Positions 32,731 to 40,365 of a stretch of DNA of 41,359 bases are shown in pieces. The translations under genes were made by a program, and so were the position numbers. The notes under the pieces were generated by a model, which was not told the DNA's origin, did no database searches, and was given only the letters and a program-made list of their open reading frames with translations. Source of the stretch: Minisyncoccia bacterium (GTDB lineage: Bacteria; Patescibacteriota; Minisyncoccia; Phycocordibacterales; UBA9973); contig JBBRVK010000002.1 in NCBI GenBank assembly GCA_038247045.1, positions 1 through 41,359 on the forward strand. The letters run 5' to 3'. The stretch's first letter is position 1. The number at the start of each line of letters is the position of its first letter.

Positions 32731-33099
32731 TTACATCATTTTCACATCTATATCAACACCTGATGGTAGTGATAAACTTGTGAGCGCTTCGATAGTTTTT
32801 GGGTTAGGATTTAGAATATCGATAACGCGTTTATGGATTCTGATTTCAAACTGTTCACGAGCATTTTTAAACACAAACGATGCTCTATTTACAGTATATT
32901 TTTTGATTTCAGTAGGAAGAGGAATTGGCCCGACGATTTTTGCATCATAGCGAAGAGCAGTATCGATAATTTGCTTGACAGAAGCGTCAAGAATTTTATT
33001 CTCGTAAGCTCTAACTCTGATACGAAGCTGGACAACTACGTCTTCTTTTCCCTTTTTTGTTTTGATTCCACCTACGGGTGGATTTGTCTTTGTTGTCAT
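32731..33099 (-). CDS. rpsJ: 30S ribosomal protein S10 (with a ~20-aa N-terminal extension)
   Basis: 122 aa. LRIRVRAYENKILDASV...FEIRIHKRVIDI. Confidence 0.95.
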   Translation of the reverse strand: MTTKTNPPVGGIKTKKGKEDVVVQLRIRVRAYENKILDASVKQIIDTALRYDAKIVGPIPLPTEIKKYTVNRASFVFKNAREQFEIRIHKRVIDILNPNPKTIEALTSLSLPSGVDIDVKMM

Positions 33100-33129
33100 A
33101 CGTTTGTAATTAAAGAGAACGTGCTAATA

Positions 33130-34329
33130 CTATTTGATGATCTTTGTTACGACACCAGCACCAACTGTTTTACCACCTTCACGGATAGCAAAGTGCATAG
33201 TTTCTTCAAGAGCAACTGGAGTAACAAGTTTAACGATAAGTTTAACTGTATCACCAGGCATTACCATTTCTACTCCAGTTGGAAGCGTAGCTTCACCTGT
33301 AACGTCTGTTGTACGGATGTAAAACTGTGGCTTATAACCAGTAAAGAATGGTGTGTGACGACCGCCTTCTTCTTTTTTCAAAATGTAAACTTCACATTCA
33401 AATTCTGCGTGTGGAGTAACTGTTCCAGGCTTTACAAGAACCTGACCACGAGTTACATCTTCTTTTTTGATACCACGGATAAGAATCCCAGCGTTATCTC
33501 CTGCCATACCTTGTTTAAGATTTTTGTTGAACATTTCAATACCAGTAACTGTTGTTTTGGCAGTATCTTTAATACCAACGATTTCTACGTCTTCACCAAC
33601 ATTGATGATTCCGCGTTCAATCTTACCAGTAACAACTGTTCCACGGCCTTCAATTGAAAAGATATCTTCAATAGGCATTAGGAATGGTTTTGTAACATCA
33701 CGTTCTGGAACTGGAATATATGTATCAAGTGCATTTACAAGTTCCATAATCTTCATAGCGTATGGATCTGTATTGTCAGCAGCTTCAAGAGCCTTTAGAG
33801 CTGAACCACGAATAACAGGAGCTTGTCCATCAAAGCCTTGTTTTACAAGGAGTTCACGAACTTCTTCCTCAACGAGGTCAAGCATGTCAGGATCATCAAC
33901 CATATCGCACTTGTTTAGAAATACGATTATTTTTGGAACGTTAACTTGTTTTGCAAGAAGGATATGCTCACGTGTTTGTGGCATAACTCCATCTGTTGCA
34001 GCAACTACGATAATAGCACCGTCCATTTGGGCAGCACCTGTAATCATGTTCTTAATATAGTCAGCATGTCCTGGTGCATCAATGTGAGCATAGTGACGTG
34101 TTGGTGTCCAATATTCATTATGAGAAAGGGCGATGGTAATACCACGAGCCTTTTCTTCTGGGGCGGAGTCAATTTGATCAACGCCTTTAATTTTAGCACC
34201 GTATTCACCACCTTGGCGTGCTAATATAGCTAAAATAGCCGCAGTTAATGTTGTTTTCCCGTGATCAACGTGACCAATAGTACCAACATTTACGTGTGGC
34301 TTGTCTCTGTTAAATTCTTCTACTGCCAT
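33130..34329 (-). CDS. tuf: Elongation factor Tu
   Basis: 399 aa. [29 protein letters not shown]. Confidence 0.98.
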   Translation of the reverse strand: MAVEEFNRDKPHVNVGTIGHVDHGKTTLTAAILAILARQGGEYGAKIKGVDQIDSAPEEKARGITIALSHNEYWTPTRHYAHIDAPGHADYIKNMITGAAQMDGAIIVVAATDGVMPQTREHILLAKQVNVPKIIVFLNKCDMVDDPDMLDLVEEEVRELLVKQGFDGQAPVIRGSALKALEAADNTDPYAMKIMELVNALDTYIPVPERDVTKPFLMPIEDIFSIEGRGTVVTGKIERGIINVGEDVEIVGIKDTAKTTVTGIEMFNKNLKQGMAGDNAGILIRGIKKEDVTRGQVLVKPGTVTPHAEFECEVYILKKEEGGRHTPFFTGYKPQFYIRTTDVTGEATLPTGVEMVMPGDTVKLIVKLVTPVALEETMHFAIREGGKTVGAGVVTKIIK

Positions 34330-34492
34330 ATGTTTTATTGGTTGATAGACATAACAAAGTATACGAGTAAACTTACTTAATTATATATACCAACATAAAT
34401 TAATAATAAATATACACCACGCCAAAAGCGAGGTAAGCGCAAAAATTGCGATTGACTTTCATCCTACCAAATTGAGAGATAATGTCAACCTC

Positions 34493-34537
34493 AAAACAAA
34501 ACCCCGCCAAGGCATAGCCTTGGCGGGGTTTTGTTTT
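34493..34537. terminator. Terminator with a 20-bp perfect stem between the 1030-aa gene and tuf
   Basis: aaaacaaaaccccgccaagg catag ccttggcggggttttgtttt. Confidence 0.7.
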
Positions 34538-34543
34538 ACCAAT

Positions 34544-37500
34544 TTATAATTCCTTAATTATGGCCTGAATCTTTCCAACCTTAATTTCTAAAGTCTTCGT
34601 GGCATCTCCTCCATCACTATAACAAGTTAACTGATAGATTGTGGTCTTAAGTGGTTTAAGACTAACAGTTCCTGTTATTGCAAGATTGTTCAAATTTATT
34701 GAAAGCGGTGGAACTGAAGTCATAGAACAAGAAGTAGCACTAGTGGCAGTCCACGACAATTTAACCGTTCCTCCAAAATCTATCTTTTGGCTAACTGGAA
34801 TTGCGGTAAAGATTAATGAAGCTGGATCTGGTCGTTGTTTTGAAACGATAGTAAATGGTGCTGACCAAGGAGAATTTAGGCCTTTTACATCTTGAGCAAT
34901 AGCTTTTAAACTATAAGTCCCAACAGGCCAAGAATGAGAAGGAGAAATTGCAGTTTGTCCTGAATTTGTGAAACCTGTCCAATCGTCGGCACTTGGACCA
35001 TTATTGTTCCAATTAATACCATAGCGAACAGTATCTCCATCTGGGTCTGTAGCTTTCAAAGTAAAAGTCTGCAACATATCAGAATAGAAACTAGCATTTC
35101 CTGCTATTGTTGGGGCTACAGGCGGATTATTGTCTGGAATACAAATACCTCCTCCCCAATGGGTTCCAGCTACGCATGAAGCAGTAGCAGAAACTGTGGC
35201 AAGCTGAGTCCCATTATTATAAAGGAAAAAATTTCTAGAACCATTTGATACCGAGTAAAGAGTTCCAGCACTTGAATTAGCAGTAGCAACAGTAATAGAA
35301 GTAGGAGTTGTAATAGAAGAAGTTCCTATTGGATATGAAGTACTCCAAATTAAATTAGTGTTACATGAACTTCCATTTAGAGGAATTGTACAATTTGTAG
35401 CAGTAAGAGTTCCATTTGCAGGAGGATTACAAGTAAAGCTTGGTAATGAGAGGGTGCTACTCCAAGCACCATTAGATTGATTTCTAGTATGAAGATATAT
35501 ACCACTATATGTCTGAGCAGGAGTAATAGCTACATTAGTTGTTGTACCACTTCCTACATCTATATAGAAAGGAGCAGTTGGTCTTACATAACCACCAACA
35601 TATGGAGCTGGAACAACCCAGTTAAGAGTAACAAGATTACCGGAAGCATTACACGAACTTGTAAATGAAGTTGGTGGTGGTGGAATAGTAACAGTCACAG
35701 CATCAGAAGCTGACTGACCGGTTGCATTTGTACAAGACAATGTGTGATTTTTGGTTATTGAACTTGCAGTTCTTGTTTGAGACCCTCCTGATACGGCAAC
35801 AGCGGTTCCATCAAGTGTACAACTTGTTGCATTAGGAACTAGAGCCCAAGAAAGTGTATAAACATCGCCTGAATAAGTTTCCAATGGTCCGTTAGAATTT
35901 GAACCTGACCATGCAGTAACTCTTAAATCAGGTGTTGGGGCGGCAGCATTACTAACACTAAATGATATTGAATGCCAACTATTAGCTGATGGTACCATGT
36001 CTGAATTGTAACAATACGCTGACATTGTATGAGATCCAACAGAAGTTAAGGCTGGGGTATTATATGTTCCTGAGTTATATACACCAGAATAGTCCCATCC
36101 ACCACCTGAACTCCAAGTCCAATCTAATAATAAATGACTGTAATAACCATTACTACAAGAATATGAAATTGTTGCTGGTGTTCCATATGGGACAACATTA
36201 TTTGTTATAGACAATGAAGTTATATTCGAAGCGCATGCAGGAACTGTATATGTCTGAGTGGATGGTCCAGAACAACCAGCTCCGCCGTATGCAGGTGAAG
36301 GGTTTGTACATGTGCGAGTTTGTGTACGAGTTACGGTAGAATATCCACCACATGAATTATCTTGAGCACTCCAAGCGGACCAACCCCCATCTATGGATTT
36401 ATTTGCAGAACAACTAGCTGTTGATCCACCGTATTGACCACTACATGACCATGACCATGGACCAGAGCCTGATACAGATGAAACACTTCCTGTATTACAC
36501 AGACTTGAAGATGGTGCAGAATAATAGTTACCTCCGTTTGATGAACCACAAGAACCATTAACAGGAGCATTACTAACGGTAAAAGTTCCTATTCTAGTCC
36601 AACTATTAGCTGATGGTACCATGTCTGAGTTATAACAATATGCCATTGCATAGTGAGATCCAGGAGTAGTAAGCGCTCCTGTTGTCGTTGGAGACCTAGA
36701 ACTATAATAGCCTGAATCTTGCCAAGCCCATGTATCATCTAAAATAATATGACTATAATATCCATTAGAACAAGCATAATATATATTTGCAAAACCTCCA
36801 TAAGGGACAACATTCGGTGAAACATATAAAGAAGTTATATTCGAAGCGCATGCAGGAACTGTATATGTCTGAGTGGATGGTCCAGAACAACCAGCTCCTC
36901 CGTATGCAGGTGAAGGGTTTGTACATGAACGGGTCTGAGTTTTAGTTTGAGCACTATATGCACAAGTGTTATCTTGAGCACTCCAACCACTCCAGCCACC
37001 ATTTATTGGAGCATTATTAACGCTATAACTAGTATATACCCATCCAACCTGACTCCAATCTGGGTTATAACACATTACTTCTATATCATATGCACCAGGT
37101 GTAGTCTGAGCACCTAAACTAAAAGCAGTAGGATTAAAAGCACCATAAGTACCTCCAAGACTTGACCAATTTCTATAATAATCACAATAATACAAATTAG
37201 TACCTGCAATATTTACATTGGCAGTACTTCCATATGGTACTGGATTTGGTGATACATTAATTGAATTTACTGTTCCACTGATTACATCGTAACCAACAGT
37301 TGTCCAGCCTGTTGCAGTCCAAGGAGCACTATAACAGTTGGCTGTAATTTCATGATGACCTAATGTTTGAGATCCATCTGTAAAACTATGAGAACTTAGG
37401 TAATCGTACCAAAGCCAAGCACCATCTTTTTTCATTTCACAATAGATTGTATTTACAGAAGTAAGACTTATAGATATCGAACTACCAGCATACAAAGTAG

Positions 37501-37636
37501 TTGGTGTAACAGTAAGAGAGGTAATAGCTCCATTAACAGTAACAGTAACACTTCCAGATCCAGTCTCGGCATTTACAAATGTAGGTCCTAATATAGACAA
37601 GATAAGAATGAATAAAAATATTTTTATTGTTTTCAT
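34544..37636 (-). CDS. Large secreted multi-domain surface protein with two TSP1-like modules, Ig-like repeats, a Cys-rich module and a PKD-like domain
   Basis: 1030 aa. Signal peptide MKTIKIFLFILILSILGPTFVNA. Carries GGWSGWSAQDNTC...QTRSCTNPSPAYGGAGCSGPSTQTYTVPAC twice, GSCGSSNGGNYYSAPSSSLCNTG...GPWSWSCSG...SCSA, and KATDPDGDTVRYGINW. Confidence 0.85.
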   Translation of the reverse strand: MKTIKIFLFILILSILGPTFVNAETGSGSVTVTVNGAITSLTVTPTTLYAGSSISISLTSVNTIYCEMKKDGAWLWYDYLSSHSFTDGSQTLGHHEITANCYSAPWTATGWTTVGYDVISGTVNSINVSPNPVPYGSTANVNIAGTNLYYCDYYRNWSSLGGTYGAFNPTAFSLGAQTTPGAYDIEVMCYNPDWSQVGWVYTSYSVNNAPINGGWSGWSAQDNTCAYSAQTKTQTRSCTNPSPAYGGAGCSGPSTQTYTVPACASNITSLYVSPNVVPYGGFANIYYACSNGYYSHIILDDTWAWQDSGYYSSRSPTTTGALTTPGSHYAMAYCYNSDMVPSANSWTRIGTFTVSNAPVNGSCGSSNGGNYYSAPSSSLCNTGSVSSVSGSGPWSWSCSGQYGGSTASCSANKSIDGGWSAWSAQDNSCGGYSTVTRTQTRTCTNPSPAYGGAGCSGPSTQTYTVPACASNITSLSITNNVVPYGTPATISYSCSNGYYSHLLLDWTWSSGGGWDYSGVYNSGTYNTPALTSVGSHTMSAYCYNSDMVPSANSWHSISFSVSNAAAPTPDLRVTAWSGSNSNGPLETYSGDVYTLSWALVPNATSCTLDGTAVAVSGGSQTRTASSITKNHTLSCTNATGQSASDAVTVTIPPPPTSFTSSCNASGNLVTLNWVVPAPYVGGYVRPTAPFYIDVGSGTTTNVAITPAQTYSGIYLHTRNQSNGAWSSTLSLPSFTCNPPANGTLTATNCTIPLNGSSCNTNLIWSTSYPIGTSSITTPTSITVATANSSAGTLYSVSNGSRNFFLYNNGTQLATVSATASCVAGTHWGGGICIPDNNPPVAPTIAGNASFYSDMLQTFTLKATDPDGDTVRYGINWNNNGPSADDWTGFTNSGQTAISPSHSWPVGTYSLKAIAQDVKGLNSPWSAPFTIVSKQRPDPASLIFTAIPVSQKIDFGGTVKLSWTATSATSCSMTSVPPLSINLNNLAITGTVSLKPLKTTIYQLTCYSDGGDATKTLEIKVGKIQAIIKEL
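36216..36312. repeat. Intragenic direct repeat, copy 1 (97 nt)
   Basis: Identical to 36831-36927 except for one base (g at 36284 versus t at 36899). Offset is 615 nt. Confidence 0.9.
36831..36927. repeat. Intragenic direct repeat, copy 2 (97 nt)
   Basis: See 36216-36312. A second 30-nt perfect repeat, ccaactattagctgatggtaccatgtctga, occurs at 35975-36004 and 36599-36628. Confidence 0.9.
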
Positions 37637-37696
37637 ATTAATAAAAAATAATGAGTTAAAAAATAAATGATTATATAGATTATATCACATAAATTA

Positions 37697-37754
37697 AAAT
37701 ACAAAGATAAAAAGCACTGCCGACAAGTCGGCAGTGCTTTTTATCTTTGTATTT
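37697..37754. terminator. 58-nt perfect palindrome (28-bp arms), terminator of the 172-aa gene
   Basis: aaatacaaagataaaaagcactgccgac aa gtcggcagtgctttttatctttgtattt. Its core is shared with 40304-40365. Confidence 0.7.
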
Positions 37755-37805
37755 ATTCTTAGAAAGAGTAACCTTGCATTTCCTATATCTTTATAAAACA
37801 ATATC

Positions 37806-38324
37806 CTAGTGTATAGGGCGACAGATATAACCAGGACCAGCAGGATAACCAGTTCTAGTAGTTGAAATATTTATATAACCAAATGAAGCTGGAGAAGAAT
37901 CAATAACTCTATAGTCATATTCACCATTATCGAGAGCTCCGGCCAAAACTTCACTTGTGCTATAAGTACCACTAATAAAAGGACCTGTTTCAAATACATT
38001 GCTACTCGTACAATGTTTTAACTTATAGTAATAGTAAGTCGGAGATGCTGATCCAGCACATGTAACGTTAAACGTAGTAGTTGCATGTAAATCACTAACA
38101 TAAAAAGACCCAGTTGTGTCACTTCCTCCTCTTCCTCCTGCTTCAGAACAAGAAGAGGCACCTGTAGATGTCCAGCTTATAGTTGAACCACCTCCATAAG
38201 AAACTGTTGTAGGATAAGCAGACACCACAACACTAATTGCTGCACTACAAATATTTGCTGAGATAAAAACAATTCCTAAAACAAACAAAATTTTAAATAA
38301 AGATTTATTAAATATTTTTTTCAT
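37806..38324 (-). CDS. Secreted protein with an Ig-like module (172 aa)
   Basis: Signal peptide MKKIFNKSLFKILFVLGIVFISANICSAA. TISWTSTGASSCSEAG...TFNVTCAG resembles the WT(S/A)...SC...(L/V)(T/S)C modules of the 1030-aa and 311-aa proteins. Confidence 0.7.
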   Translation of the reverse strand: MKKIFNKSLFKILFVLGIVFISANICSAAISVVVSAYPTTVSYGGGSTISWTSTGASSCSEAGGRGGSDTTGSFYVSDLHATTTFNVTCAGSASPTYYYYKLKHCTSSNVFETGPFISGTYSTSEVLAGALDNGEYDYRVIDSSPASFGYINISTTRTGYPAGPGYICRPIH

Positions 38325-38447
38325 GTTATTTTAATATTGATATTATTATACTACTTTAAATTATATCATATATGAATGAATATTTACAATTAAAAAAGGC
38401 CATCCAAATTATATAAAATAATTGAATGGCTTTTTTAAAATTAGCTC

Positions 38448-39131
38448 TTATTTTTTTGCTTTGTAAATATACTTGAAATTGTCCTTATATATCGTGAACG
38501 ATTTCGAAGATACATTTGTAATCTTCCATTTTTCACCCCAATTAAGAGTAGGGGGAGTTGTTGTTTCGTCGACAGACCAAGATCCATCTCCGTTAAAATC
38601 TCCCACTAATACATTAAATCTTCCATTGGGAAGGAATGTTACAATGTCACCTGCTGGTATAACATAATACTTCCACACCAATGTTTGATCTTCGGGGGTT
38701 TTCGGTTCATAAATATAAACCGAATCCTTAACCCAGGAATTCTGCAAAAAAATCCACGATAAAGTTTTTTCAAACGAAACCTCTATTGTATAATTAGAGT
38801 TAACATTTGAAATAAAATAATCTTTACTTGTTAAGGGAGACAGAACTCCATTAACAGTGATAGTTTTCTGAACGAAGCCCGGATCAGCTTCGGCCAAAAT
38901 TTTGACGGACTGACCACTAACCACCTCTGTCGGGCTAGTAATTTTACCACCAACTCCATTCACAACCGAAGTTGCAATGGAAAATTTCTTTGCAACAGGA
39001 GGATCAACTGGATCCAATCCGCCCTTGCAAGAAAACATCATCATGCACCCTACAACCAGTAAAATGCAGAAAAAAATAATTTTTTTCATATCTATTGATT
39101 TTTTTAAAGGTTTACATATTTCAAACTTCAT
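38448..39131 (-). CDS. Putative lipoprotein (227 aa; an alternative start at 39089 gives MKKIIFF...)
   Basis: KKIIFFCILLVVGCMMMFSC is lipobox-like, followed by a beta-rich Ig-like segment. GC content is locally higher than in neighbouring genes. Confidence 0.65.
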   Translation of the reverse strand: MKFEICKPLKKSIDMKKIIFFCILLVVGCMMMFSCKGGLDPVDPPVAKKFSIATSVVNGVGGKITSPTEVVSGQSVKILAEADPGFVQKTITVNGVLSPLTSKDYFISNVNSNYTIEVSFEKTLSWIFLQNSWVKDSVYIYEPKTPEDQTLVWKYYVIPAGDIVTFLPNGRFNVLVGDFNGDGSWSVDETTTPPTLNWGEKWKITNVSSKSFTIYKDNFKYIYKAKK

Positions 39132-39366
39132 ATATATTATCTTACTTTTTTAACTTTTGTCAAGTGTTTATACACTTTCTATTAAATGCCTAATCTACAG
39201 ACTTTTTATATTAAAATGTAATTTAATAAAAAATTATAATTTCATATTTCATTTATATAAGTGTATAATAATATATTATTAATTAAATAGATATGTTATG
39301 TTTCAGTCAATTAAATCGTTATATGCGAATTAGTAGATTTGAAATTTGGCAATTCTTTAAAATGGT

Positions 39367-40041
39367 ATGCAAAGAAATAAAATAATTTTAGCCTTGGCTA
39401 TCGGAACAATACTTTCACCTGTAATAACAATACAAGCGGTGGAGACGACAAGCACTATAAAAGTAAATGCGACAACGCAATCTCAAAATATTATTAAAAA
39501 TCCCACAGCTGATAAGGCAAAGATTGAAGAATTAAGAGCAAGGTTAATGGTAGAAACCAAAATCTTAAAAGAAAATCTTGATATTCAAAAAATAGGAATT
39601 GAAAAATTATTAGCAGAGAGAAAAGGTGAGATCAAAACAAGGCTTGTTTTACAATCTCAAGAAAAAGTTCGAGTTATTTTAGATAATATATTCAATAAGT
39701 TTAATAATCAATTAGGTAAACTTTCAGAGGTTGATATAAAAATATCAGCAAAGATTAATGCACTAGAAAAAACAGGAGTAAATGTAAGTGCTGCAAAAGC
39801 CCAATACGCTCTAGCAAAGGCTTCATTAGATAAGACAAAATCAGAAGTGATGGCAATAAATTTGGCTTTAATGGAACAAGTTACTGTTGATACATCAAAG
39901 GAAACATTTAGAGACCTTGTAAAAAAAGCAGAAGAAAGTATGAAAGCAACAGGAAAAGAATACAATAAAATTGTATCTCTTACTTCTAGTAAGAATATTA
40001 AAGTCGAAGATCAAGTAAACACAAATATTATAAATCAATAA
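39367..40041 (+). CDS. Secreted coiled-coil protein (224 aa)
   Basis: Signal peptide MQRNKIILALAIGTILSPVITIQA, then heptad-like K/E/L-rich sequence. Confidence 0.65.
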   Translation: MQRNKIILALAIGTILSPVITIQAVETTSTIKVNATTQSQNIIKNPTADKAKIEELRARLMVETKILKENLDIQKIGIEKLLAERKGEIKTRLVLQSQEKVRVILDNIFNKFNNQLGKLSEVDIKISAKINALEKTGVNVSAAKAQYALAKASLDKTKSEVMAINLALMEQVTVDTSKETFRDLVKKAEESMKATGKEYNKIVSLTSSKNIKVEDQVNTNIINQ

Positions 40042-40050
40042 TAATCAAAT

Positions 40051-40305
40051 ATGGAACCAACAACCGCAACAAACAATAAATCAAAAATTACTATCATTAT
40101 GATTGTAATATTAATCATAATAGCTGGAGTAATAGTTGTAATATCACGTAAAGGAAAAACAGAAGTAAATCCTATGAATAACGGAGAGGTTCAAAATGGT
40201 ACAGTCTCCGAGTCAGATGATTCCTTAGTCTTAACACAAGAGATTACGGCTGCCACAACATTTGATAATGAAAAAGATTTAAGTGAAATAGATAAGGCTT
40301 TCTAA
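40051..40305 (+). CDS. Small single-pass membrane protein (84 aa)
   Basis: TM segment ITIIMIVILIIIAGVIVVI. Starts 10 nt after the preceding gene. Confidence 0.55.
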   Translation: MEPTTATNNKSKITIIMIVILIIIAGVIVVISRKGKTEVNPMNNGEVQNGTVSESDDSLVLTQEITAATTFDNEKDLSEIDKAF

Positions 40306-40365
40306 TAATACAAATATAAAAAGCACTGCCGACAAGTCGGCAGTGCTTTTTATATTTGTATTATT
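40304..40365. terminator. 62-nt perfect palindrome (30-bp arms) spanning stop codon to stop codon of convergent genes
   Basis: aataatacaaatataaaaagcactgccgac aa gtcggcagtgctttttatatttgtattatt. Confidence 0.7.

Noticed and set aside
32833-34060. Long plus-strand ORFs (274 aa at 32833-33657 and 197 aa at 33467-34060, plus many 60-110-aa ORFs antisense to secY, rpsE, rplD, truB and the 907-aa gene)
   Set aside because: They lie entirely antisense to strongly recognisable conserved genes (rpsJ, tuf and others) and have low-complexity or Cys/Ser/Thr-skewed translations. They are typical shadow ORFs.
34544-37636. Diversity-generating retroelement (template and variable repeat pair) as the explanation for the near-identical repeats in the 1030-aa gene
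   Set aside because: Both repeat copies lie inside the same ORF as part of a module duplication. The single mismatch in the 97-nt repeat is g/t, not an adenine-specific pattern. No reverse transcriptase ORF is present in the window.
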